From: a virus
Length of the DNA: 64,000 nucleotides
Virus record (IMG/VR): IMGVR_UViG_3300043434_000871
Span: 3,347 to 67,346 of that record
Reading direction: 5' to 3' (one strand)
Shown: in pieces, positions 46,603 through 56,300 of the stretch
Position numbering within the stretch: the stretch's first letter is position 1
Layout: every line of letters begins with the position of its first letter
Notes under the pieces: generated by a model
What the model saw: the letters and a program-made list of their open reading frames with translations, nothing else
Told to the model about the DNA's origin: nothing
Databases searched by the model: none
Made by a program: the position numbers and the translations under genes

Positions 46603-48947
46603 TGGCGACTTACCTCGAAGCGCGTAACTTGTTAGCGCCCTACGTCGACAATGGCGTGGCGGTGAGTGATACGACGCGCATCGACCAGAGGATTGACGAA
46701 GCCCAGCGGCGGCTGATCGACCACTACAATTTCCTCTCACGCCGTGAGGAGAGCGCCCGCCCTTCTTTAGTCTGGCAGCGAGGCGGCACGACGGGTGTGC
46801 CGACGACAGGCAGTCTTATCCTGCCGAACCTCGACGCGACCAAGAACATGATCTTGGCGCTGTGGCGTGAGGAGAATAACCAGCTTGAACTGGCCACGGG
46901 TCTTGAGACCAAGGCGTATAGCTACATCGAGCGCAATATCACCAACGAGGTGGAGCGCGAGCGCCGGACGGCTTACGAGGCGTTGACGGTCAACGGGCAG
47001 AATACTTTCGGCGGGATGGTCGGTCGGGTCGGCTTGGAGACGCTTGTCCAATACCGGATGCCTGTGTCGCGGATCCGGAGCATCGTCAATCGCGCTTACC
47101 AACAGGCGATCGATCATCACAACTTTGTCTCTCGTCAGGAGAATCTGGAGCGTAATACGATCACCTATAATGCGCTGACTTCCGACGTGGATACCTTCGA
47201 CGCGTTGCTTCCCGATGAAGTCGTCCGCCTCCTCACGCTGGCCAATGTGGCGACCGACAATGGGGCTGACGGAGGCGGGCTCAAGGCCCAAGCGTTCGAG
47301 CTTATCCAGCGCAATGTCACTTCGGTCGTCGAGCGTGCCCGCCGGATTGCGGCCGGAACCGAGGGCCGTCTGCACAACGAACTTCCCGGAGGGTTGCAAA
47401 TTCCCACGGCGCGGCTGACCCAGTTTCTTTCCCAAGCGGCGACCGAAGCCGGAGCGCACTACGACTTCTTGGCCCGGCGTGAGGACTACTCCTCGGGAGT
47501 GAAGCCCAATCCCTTCACTTACGAAGTGCTCAAGCCTTTGGTTGAGGCTTACATTGCTACCACAACCGGAGCGGTTGATGTGGCCGCTGCGAAAAAGGGT
47601 GAATCCTTCCAGATCATCGAACGCGATTTGATGCAGAACGTCGAAGCGGCCCGCCGTAACGCGGCGGGGGAAGAGGGTCGTCTGCATAATGAACTTCCGG
47701 AAGGTGTGCGGATTTCCACGACGCGCCTGACGCAGTATTTGAGCCAAGCCGCCACGGAGGCTGGCACTCACTGGGACTTCTTGGCCCGACGTGAGGATTA
47801 TTCCAGTGGAACCAAACCCAATCCTTTTACCTATGAAGTGCGGAAAAAATACGTGGAGTCCTATGTCGCGACCTCAAGTGGTGCGGTCGAAGTCGCGTCG
47901 GCCCTCAAAGCCGAAGCGCAAGCGTTGATCGAACGGGATCTGATGACCCAAGTCGAGGCGGCTCGGCGTGCGGCGGCGGGCGATGAAGGTCGTCTCCACA
48001 ACGAGTTGCCCGGCGGATTGCAGACTTCGACTTCCCGCCTGACCACGCATCTGGCTCAAGCGACCTCGGAAATCGGGGCGCATCAAGCGTTTCTGCAACG
48101 CCGTGAGGACTACAACGGGGCGGTCCCTGCGGTGACCTACGAGCAGCGCAAGCTCTTGGTTGAATCTTACATCGCGACTCTGGCGGGTCAGGTGGAAGTC
48201 GCCGCGAACCTCAAGCAGCAAGCCTTGGCCTTGATTGAGCGGGATGTGATGGCCGGAATCGAGGCAACCCGCCGGGCGACCCGTGAGGCGCTTCTCGCTT
48301 CGGCCAACGACACTTTTGGGTATCACTGGGGCCGGATAGGGCTGGAGCTTCCGGAGGCTTACAAGCTCTCGGACTCGGCGGTCAAACGCATGGTCAATGC
48401 GGCCGAGGAGCAGTTGATGCTGGCGGGCAAGTGGGTTGGGACGGTGGCTGAGTATACCCTTTCCGTGAACGCCACGGGCGAGTTCTTCCTACCGGCCGAG
48501 GTGGAGACGATTCTTTACATGTCCTTCGACGGCGACCCGAAGCCCGTCCACGATCGCCTCAACGAATGGCTCCGCGGGGGCACAGGCTACCGTGAGACTG
48601 ATGACGCTTGGCGGCAGGGGGCGGTCGATCGCGGCGAGTCGATCGATCCGGCGGACAATGTCCTGAAGCGGAAGTATTGGATTACCCTGCCTGGCACGGG
48701 TAGCCAACCTGTAGTCCGGATTCTGGCCAAGCGCCGTTTTGTGCCGCACAGTGTCAACTCGGAGAAGATGTATCTCCGCAACTACCAAGCGATCTTCGAG
48801 GCGACCAAGGGCATCCTCCTCGGGGGCGACCAGATCACCCCGCATATCGACAAGGCCAAGGAGATGCTGGCTTCCCAGATCGCGCAGCAGAGCTTCACCG
48901 GAAACCGCGGAGCCGCGCACACTCGTCGCGTTCTTCAGTTTCGGTGA
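46602..48947 (+). CDS. Adaptor/tail tubular A-like protein with amplified ~104-aa repeats
   Basis: EGRLHNELP repeats with a 312-nt period; C-terminal VNAAEEQL...LPAEVETI. Confidence 0.55.
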   Translation: MATYLEARNLLAPYVDNGVAVSDTTRIDQRIDEAQRRLIDHYNFLSRREESARPSLVWQRGGTTGVPTTGSLILPNLDATKNMILALWREENNQLELATGLETKAYSYIERNITNEVERERRTAYEALTVNGQNTFGGMVGRVGLETLVQYRMPVSRIRSIVNRAYQQAIDHHNFVSRQENLERNTITYNALTSDVDTFDALLPDEVVRLLTLANVATDNGADGGGLKAQAFELIQRNVTSVVERARRIAAGTEGRLHNELPGGLQIPTARLTQFLSQAATEAGAHYDFLARREDYSSGVKPNPFTYEVLKPLVEAYIATTTGAVDVAAAKKGESFQIIERDLMQNVEAARRNAAGEEGRLHNELPEGVRISTTRLTQYLSQAATEAGTHWDFLARREDYSSGTKPNPFTYEVRKKYVESYVATSSGAVEVASALKAEAQALIERDLMTQVEAARRAAAGDEGRLHNELPGGLQTSTSRLTTHLAQATSEIGAHQAFLQRREDYNGAVPAVTYEQRKLLVESYIATLAGQVEVAANLKQQALALIERDVMAGIEATRRATREALLASANDTFGYHWGRIGLELPEAYKLSDSAVKRMVNAAEEQLMLAGKWVGTVAEYTLSVNATGEFFLPAEVETILYMSFDGDPKPVHDRLNEWLRGGTGYRETDDAWRQGAVDRGESIDPADNVLKRKYWITLPGTGSQPVVRILAKRRFVPHSVNSEKMYLRNYQAIFEATKGILLGGDQITPHIDKAKEMLASQIAQQSFTGNRGAAHTRRVLQFR

Positions 48948-48966
48948 TATAATAACTGTGCAACCA

Positions 48967-49425
48967 ATGACAAAAGACTTTCAAAAGAGACGCGAGGAGT
49001 TCATCGGCTATGTCGGCGATCCCGAGGCAATCGAATTCTTGGAGTTAATTTTTGACATTACCGACATTTGGGACGACTTGGTCGACCAAGACCGGGAAGT
49101 GACCGAAGACCAGATCAACAGCACCTTTACCAAATGTCTGGTTCATCTCCCCGGAAATCTTTTTTATCGCAAAAATTACACGGTTTTGGCCCCTCAGTTG
49201 ATGTTGGTGATCAACGCTTGGCAGGATGCCAATGAACTTCAAAAAGGCGACGACGCTGACCGTATTTATGCGTGCGGACTTCGGTTTCTTTTGATCCAAC
49301 TCATTGCTACAGCCGTTAGTCTGATCAAAGGCCCGGATGCGGCCAGAGAGATCAGCGTCGAAGTATGGCGAAAGTATACGAGCAAAGAACAAACCCTTGA
49401 TTGGGTAAAGAAAGGGGGAGAGTAA
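48967..49425 (+). CDS. Helical protein with DDxxD motif
   Basis: IWDDLVDQD...LPGNLFY. Confidence 0.6.
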   Translation: MTKDFQKRREEFIGYVGDPEAIEFLELIFDITDIWDDLVDQDREVTEDQINSTFTKCLVHLPGNLFYRKNYTVLAPQLMLVINAWQDANELQKGDDADRIYACGLRFLLIQLIATAVSLIKGPDAAREISVEVWRKYTSKEQTLDWVKKGGE

Positions 49426-49426
49426 A

Positions 49427-51328
49427 ATGGGCTGGGTTGGCGGAGGTGGGGGAGGTGCTCCCGCGTATCCAATCGATAAAATTAACCGATTGGCGGATCA
49501 ATACGTAAAAGATACGGAAGCGGATATTAAACCGTATCTCAAAGATATATCTGATTTCGGAGAAAAGCTGACCGCCAAAGTCGATGACCTCGTAGCCAAA
49601 GGCGCTCTTAAAATAGACAGGGAAGAAACGGAACTCCTCGGGCGGTTGAATGATTTCAACGAGAGGATGGCCGATTTTCAAAAAACAGAAAACGCTTCTG
49701 TTCTTAGGGATTTGGGAGGTATCACCGATGATTTCAGGGCGGCGATGTCGCTGTTGGACGCTGAAGATCGGGCGGAGTTTCAAGGGCAACTCAAATCGTT
49801 TGAAGCGGATGCGGCGAGACTGACCGCTGAGTTTGATAAGCGAGCGTCGGACACAATCGCTGCTGGCGACGTAGAGCAAAAGCAGTTTCTCGACGATTAC
49901 GAGACAAAAGGTATATCGCTCGGAGATCGCTACCTCGAAGCTACAGGGGCGGCGAAAACTGAGTTTGACTCGGAATGGTTAAAGTCTCTGGACCTTACTC
50001 CGGAGAGGTTGTCGACGTTTACGCAAGCCGCTGACTTCTTGTCTCGCGCTGCGGTAGATACCCGAGCGGCCATGATCGACGCTGCCGACCCTCGTGCCCG
50101 TGAGCTTTCCGCGATCGCCGACGAGAACGCCGCGGCGATGATGAGCGGTCGGATCTCGGCCGACATGCAAGCGAACCTGGCGCGGTCCAGCGCCATGCGT
50201 GCTTTGCAGGGCGGGTTCGGGGCTTCAAGCGAGATGGGACGCGGCCTATCGGCGCGTGACCTCGGGCTGACTGCGATGGATCTGCGGGCGCAGGGAACCC
50301 AAGATTACGAAAGGCAGCGGGCGCTAAACTTCAATACTCGGGTGGTTGGCTTGCAAGCCGATGCGGGATCCCTTCTGACTAACGACATGTCGGCCCGCCA
50401 GCGCCAAGCTCTGACAAACTACGAGGTCGGGCTGAAGACTGCGGAAAGTGATCGCGACCAACGCCAGAATGTTTTTGCTACAACTTTGGCCGGTAACATC
50501 GCACGGGTCGATAGCCGGGTCGGCCGCGACCTTGGCGTGGCGGGGGCTGTCTTTGATGCGGGCTTGGATACCAACCGCCTTGGGTTCGCCTCAAAACAAA
50601 ACAATCTCGCCCAGCGCACTCGTCGCCAAGCGGACACAGCAACGAACATTTGGGATCGCGACTTTCAGGCGAGACTCGGCATTTACAATACAAACATCGG
50701 AACGGGTCGCTCGCTTTATGCGACCAACGTCAATTCTGCCGGAAATATTTACAGCACGAATACTGGTTATATTGGGAATATGACCGGAGCGCAGATCAAT
50801 AATGCCGGAAACGTCTACGGTGGAGATACACGAGCCAGAGAAAATGCTTTCAACACGTTAAACCGCGCCCGCGGATCAGCGACAGGCACCAAGATCGACG
50901 CAACACAAAAAGCGTGGGAAGTCGACCAAGCTAACTGGGCGTCTGGAAAAGACAGCAGTAATGCCATGTGGGGTAGCCTTGTAAATATGGGTGCACAAAT
51001 TGCTGGGACGGCTGTCGGAACCGCAATGGGAAATCCCATGGCAGGATACCAAATTGGAAGTGCTCTGGGTAGCGCGGGCAGCGCCGCGATCACCGGAAAC
51101 ACCGCAGGTGGGGGTGGAGGTAGTGGAGGTAGTGGCGGCGGAATGTTCGGAAACCTCTTCGGCAGTGGCAGTAATTCCTCCGGTCTGTTCTCGGCTTTCT
51201 TAGGTGGGCGCTCTACGGCCGGAACTACTTACAACTCCCTCGCTGCCGCCCAAAACGCGGCACCTTACGCGAGCATCTTCTCCAATAATTCAGGACTAGG
51301 CTACGTGCCCGTAGCCGCAAGAGCGTAG
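49427..51328 (+). CDS. Internal virion/ejection protein
   Basis: Helical, Gly-rich hydrophobic C-terminus; synteny. Confidence 0.55.
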   Translation: MGWVGGGGGGAPAYPIDKINRLADQYVKDTEADIKPYLKDISDFGEKLTAKVDDLVAKGALKIDREETELLGRLNDFNERMADFQKTENASVLRDLGGITDDFRAAMSLLDAEDRAEFQGQLKSFEADAARLTAEFDKRASDTIAAGDVEQKQFLDDYETKGISLGDRYLEATGAAKTEFDSEWLKSLDLTPERLSTFTQAADFLSRAAVDTRAAMIDAADPRARELSAIADENAAAMMSGRISADMQANLARSSAMRALQGGFGASSEMGRGLSARDLGLTAMDLRAQGTQDYERQRALNFNTRVVGLQADAGSLLTNDMSARQRQALTNYEVGLKTAESDRDQRQNVFATTLAGNIARVDSRVGRDLGVAGAVFDAGLDTNRLGFASKQNNLAQRTRRQADTATNIWDRDFQARLGIYNTNIGTGRSLYATNVNSAGNIYSTNTGYIGNMTGAQINNAGNVYGGDTRARENAFNTLNRARGSATGTKIDATQKAWEVDQANWASGKDSSNAMWGSLVNMGAQIAGTAVGTAMGNPMAGYQIGSALGSAGSAAITGNTAGGGGGSGGSGGGMFGNLFGSGSNSSGLFSAFLGGRSTAGTTYNSLAAAQNAAPYASIFSNNSGLGYVPVAARA

Positions 51329-51330
51329 TT

Positions 51331-51783
51331 ATGCTGACATCCGTTCTATCTCCCATCCAAATTGCCCAACCAGATCCCGCGCCACCTTGGGGCTGGAACC
51401 CCGCGGCGACGTTTTTAACCGCATACAGGGCAACACAAGAAGAGCGTCGGGCACAAGAGGAGTTTGCGATGCAGGCTGAACTCAACAAGATCTTGTTTCC
51501 GGTAAAGAAAGCTCAAGCTGAGTTCAACCTGAAAGAACTGGCCTACGCTTCGGAAAGTTTAGCTGGCCAATATAAACTGATGGGCGAAGCCAGAGATGCT
51601 CAACGCCGTATGCTCAGATCCGGTTCAGGCAGCAATGCTGCGGGGAGCGGGGTTGGTGGGACAGGGCAGCAGGCTCCTCAGACCCCGACACGAAGTTACT
51701 TTAATACTCAGCCAGTTTCTTCAGCACCTTCATCTAACCAAAACTCCAGCGGTATGACGCTCGGGTCTGGAATTACGCCATGA
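51331..51783 (+). CDS. Putative internal virion protein
   Basis: Coupled to the next gene by ATGA. Confidence 0.5.
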   Translation: MLTSVLSPIQIAQPDPAPPWGWNPAATFLTAYRATQEERRAQEEFAMQAELNKILFPVKKAQAEFNLKELAYASESLAGQYKLMGEARDAQRRMLRSGSGSNAAGSGVGGTGQQAPQTPTRSYFNTQPVSSAPSSNQNSSGMTLGSGITP

Positions 51784-53345
51784 ACGAGTTCGAACAGTTT
51801 ATCGCTAACGAATACGGGCTTAAAGCTGGAGACGATGTCAGCGGAATCATCGATGATGCTCGCGCCCGTTTTCGCGCAATGAAGAGTGCGCCAACAACCC
51901 AGCAGACGGAACCATTTCTTCAAAGGGAGATGGCCAAGATTCCGGAGACGCCAAATGCTCAATCCGTGCAGCAGTCACGGAGTCAGCCAGCCGATGATGG
52001 GTTGTTCGAAATGGGGTTTATCGGTCGACAAAACGTGAACCCTGTTTACGTGTTTGCTGATGAAGTGGCACAGCAAGAGGCCAAAGCGCCGGCTCAACCG
52101 CAACAGCAGCAAAAGCCCTCCCTCGACGTGAATGCCTTCTTAAAGGCGACTAATGCCCGTCAAATGGAGCTAGAAGCGGTCCGTCCACTGGCGACAAACA
52201 ACTACCGCCGCAAGGAAACGGATGAGGCGCTCAATAACGCCAATAATGAACTACTCCGTCGGTATGCTACAGACGCCGATCTTCTCGCTCAATATGGAGT
52301 CAATGATGTTAAGACATTTAACCAGGTGTCCGAAGAGCCTTTTGAAGTTCGGGCGAAGGCGTGGCAGATAGTTCAGCCTAAGTTGGACCGTGGCGAAGTG
52401 CCGGATTGGCTGGGTGCAATCGAGCAGGTCAAAAAATCGAATAGTCTGCCGAGTGCTACGGGAGCGTCCAACGAGGCTGGAATGCCGAAAGCGCCTGATG
52501 ATCTGAAAAGATATGAGACTAGGGAGATCGCGGCGGCTCGGGCTGCGGAAAGCCCGACTCCTGATAATTTAATGAAGGTTGAGGCTTTGGACCGTGAGAT
52601 CAATCAAACTGATGGTAATGAGAGGTATGTCAAACAGGTCGGGTTCATCGACAATAAGCTGAACAACCTCCGGGACATGATGGCGACCCCAAACAACTTA
52701 ATCGCTTCGGGATATACCAACCCTTTTACAGGACAGCCGATTCAAGATCTCGATGAAGCGAAGGAAGTTGAAAACCGTTTGGTAGCTTCTCGTGCTCGAA
52801 CTGTTGTCGAAATGAAAAATGCCGGACCTGAGTTCTGGCAAGGCTTACCTTCCCCCGCGACTTTCCCGTATAAAACAACAATCAAAGATGCGGCCGAAGA
52901 TCTCCGCAAGGCAGGCGTAACCAACCTCAAACCTAGAGAACACCTCGAAACTTTACGGCGCAAAGAGTGGGTGGACTACGAGAAAAGTCGCGGCCCAGGT
53001 TTCCTCTATGTTGCGCCGACAGCGGACGGAAACCTCAACTTAATTGAGAGCACGCCTGTCGTAAGTAAGTCCGACCCCAACGCGATTTCTCCAGATAATC
53101 CTCTAGCCGGAGCAGTGGCCGAGGAGGAAATGGCAGCGACTCGTAATAATGAAGCCGCTTTCCGTAGCCAATTAGATGCTGCACAACGCCGCGTTGCCAG
53201 ACTCGCTGATACAAGCAAGCCAATGCAATTTGAGGTTTCCCCGACGCAGTCTCGGAATTTTACGGCTAGGGAGCGTGCGCTTGAGATTGAGGGTTTGCAG
53301 AAACAAATCACGGCACTCCAAGAAAAACTGAGTAAACTCCAGTAA
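51780..53345 (+). CDS. Putative internal virion protein
   Basis: 521-aa helical ORF before the giant gene. Confidence 0.55.
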   Translation: MNEFEQFIANEYGLKAGDDVSGIIDDARARFRAMKSAPTTQQTEPFLQREMAKIPETPNAQSVQQSRSQPADDGLFEMGFIGRQNVNPVYVFADEVAQQEAKAPAQPQQQQKPSLDVNAFLKATNARQMELEAVRPLATNNYRRKETDEALNNANNELLRRYATDADLLAQYGVNDVKTFNQVSEEPFEVRAKAWQIVQPKLDRGEVPDWLGAIEQVKKSNSLPSATGASNEAGMPKAPDDLKRYETREIAAARAAESPTPDNLMKVEALDREINQTDGNERYVKQVGFIDNKLNNLRDMMATPNNLIASGYTNPFTGQPIQDLDEAKEVENRLVASRARTVVEMKNAGPEFWQGLPSPATFPYKTTIKDAAEDLRKAGVTNLKPREHLETLRRKEWVDYEKSRGPGFLYVAPTADGNLNLIESTPVVSKSDPNAISPDNPLAGAVAEEEMAATRNNEAAFRSQLDAAQRRVARLADTSKPMQFEVSPTQSRNFTARERALEIEGLQKQITALQEKLSKLQ

Positions 53346-56300
53346 TGGCAGCATCTATGAACTGGTGGGAAGACGAAGAACAGATTGCCGCATATTTACA
53401 GGAGCGCGAAGCTCCCGTAGAGACCGCGCAACAATCTGAAGCCGTCCGTCCCACGGATGTTGATCTAGGACTAAGCCCGGAAGCCCCCGAGCAAGCGTTA
53501 CAAGAGCCAGCCGAAACAGCGACTCCTTGGTGGCAAGACACGACTCAGTTAGCCGCTTATCAAGAGGATCTTCGGAGTATCGGTCGGGCGGCGACTTCCG
53601 CCGGGTCTGTGGACGCACGAGTTCAGAGGGGTTTGGTGGATGAATTTAGCGCCGGGCTTTCTCGCGGCATCGACCAGACCCAAGCCCTTGGATATGGGTT
53701 GCTCGGTCTCGTGGGTGAATCGCTCGGGGTGGACGCTGTTTCTGATTTTGGTATCGAGGGCTATGTCCGCAACATGGAGGAGGCGGCGAAGAATCAAGCC
53801 TCGGTGCAAGATCCTTTCGAGGAGATCGGCGGGGTGGGTGACGCAGGGCTTTACGCGGCGGGGATTCTCGGCGAGCAGTTGCCACAGCTTTTGCTTTCGG
53901 TCGCGGGCGGCGGCATCGGCGGTTACGCGGCGAAGACGGTGGCGAAGAAAGTCGTGGCCAATGAGATCGGCAAGCGGGTGGCCGCGGGCATGGCCAAGGA
54001 TGAAGCCGAGGAAGTCGTGGCCAAGCTCGTCGCCCAGAAGGCGCTTCGGGGATTTGATGTGCCTTTTGCCCGTGCTGGCGGTGGCGACCCGCGTATCGTC
54101 GGCGGCATCGGCCAAGAAGCCGTGCAGCAAGCGACCCGTGCCGGTGCTCTCGGTGGCGCGTATGTCGCCAACGTGGGGCAGATCGCGGGCGGCAGCTTTG
54201 GTGAGATCGAGCAGGAGACGGGACTTCGTGATCCGGTGAACGCACTCGGCTTTGCTTTGATCGGCGGTGCAGTGGAGACGGCGGGTGAAGCGGTCTTGGC
54301 GGCACCGATTGCGCGGAAGCTGATCGGCTCGGCGGCGCGTAGTGTGGAGGCTAAACCTCTCGGCTTTGCGCTCGGACCGAAGGCGAAGGTGGCGGGTCAA
54401 CTCGCCGCGGCTCCGGCGGCGGAAGGTGCGACGGAGTATGTGCAGACGGGCTTGGAGCAAAGTGCCGTGGCTTCGGCGGACCCGAACAGATCTTTTGAGG
54501 AAGTGGTGCTCACCCCTGAAGCGGCTCGTGAGCGGCAGATTGCGGCCGCAGCGGGAGCCGTGGCCGGCGGCGGCTTCGGAGCCGTGAGCCAGGCAGCGAG
54601 TTTCTTGATCCCCGAAACACGAAACGCGGTTCAGCGTAAGTTGGCTCAACGGCAAGCGGAGCAGGGGGCGACGGAGGAAGATCAATCTGCCGCTGGGATG
54701 CTGACGGGTGACTGGTCGCAGCCGGTGCAGGTGGATGATGTGACGATGCAGCGGAATTCCTCCGGTGTATGGGTCGCGGTGAATCCAGGGGAGAATCTTT
54801 TCCAAGGTGTCCCTCGGGTGCAGACGGAGGACGGCACGTCGCTGTTGGTGGTGAGCCCCGAGGCTGACGAGCAAGGGCGGGCAGCTTTCTTGGTGGCTCG
54901 GGCGGAGAAGGCGTTGAGTGATCTCGATGAGGGCGAGGTTGCTACAGAATTTCAATCACAAGAGGAGCCCGCGGCGGAGGCTGACGATGAACTCGGTGAA
55001 CCTGTTGAACTTGATGAGGAGACCGAAGCTACGAGGTTGCGTCAGAGCCCGATGGGCGCGACGGCGTTGCGCGAACAGTTGGCAGAGGAAGAGGAGGTTT
55101 CGGCGGCTTTGGCCGATCCGGTTGTCTCTAGTGTAGAACCTCCCGCGCCACAGCCGCTCAAGTCAGCAGCGGAATCAGCGCAAACAATCGCCGCAGAGTT
55201 GGAGCGTGAGGAGGAATTTCGTCGTAGTGATGAGGGAGCCCAAGCCTTGCGCGAGCAGTTGGCGGAGGAAGAGGAGGTGTCGGCGGCTTTGGCTGACCCG
55301 GCGACGAGTGAGGAAAGAGGCGAAGCTACCGTCTTAAAACCAGCTTCAGAATCCGCAGCGGCCATCCAAGCTGCCGAGAATGCCGAGCGCACGACCGCTA
55401 ACAATCCTGTCGAAGCATCCTATCTCCGTCGCCGTTTGGCTTACGAAGAGTCACAGAGCGAAAGGCAGAAAGGTAATGACGAAGCTCTGGCCCGTCCTCT
55501 AACTCAGTCAGCGGCGTTTGTTGATGGATTGCAGACGGGCCAGCGGGTTGGGCTGTTGCTTGGCGGTATGCCTGAGGCTCTGGCTGGGACGACGGGTGTC
55601 TTTGTCGGACGCCGCAAGAACGGAAATGCAGTTTTCGAGGCGAGTGATTTGTCCCCAGTGAGCGGAGACCCGATCGGGCAAAAGACTCGCGTCGAGTTAA
55701 AGCCTTCGCAGTTTAACCGCGTGATCTTGGCTCCACCCCCGCAGCCGACACGCACTCCGCTGGAGCAAGCCTTCGACGACGCGCTCGGACCGAACCCGAC
55801 CAAGCAGCAAGCCGAACGTGTTCTTGGACCGCCCTACACGGGAACCCGCGGGGCGCAGGAGTCGACTTTCCAAGATGGTCTAGGCTCGGAGCCGTTTCCG
55901 GTGTTGATTAGCTGGTTCAATAAGAAGGGTGAGAAGGGGACAATCATCCCCTCGATCAAAGGTAAGTTCACCAATTCTGCGCTGACCACGGTGCGTCAGA
56001 TGAACCAAGGTCTTGAGATTGTGGTGCCGGATGACCAACTTGGGAAAATAAGCAAAGACATCCAAGTTGAGGCAGTGAGCGACAAGAAAGGTGGCCGAAA
56101 GAACATCGTGACGGGCGTCAACCTATGGGGCCGCACCTATCGCCGCAGCCTTCGCTCGCCAAAAGATTTCAGCGTCGATATCCCGCTGACCAAACGCGGT
56201 GCCGGAGCTCGCAAACAAGGGCTGCTGCTTTTCGACAACATCTACAAGAACTCGCCGGAGCGTATCGCCCGCAGCGAAGCCGCAGTCCGCGGAGCCAAGG

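Noticed and set aside
55066-55300. Duplicated LREQLAEEEEVSAALADP segment
   Set aside because: A simple in-frame duplication in a disordered region.
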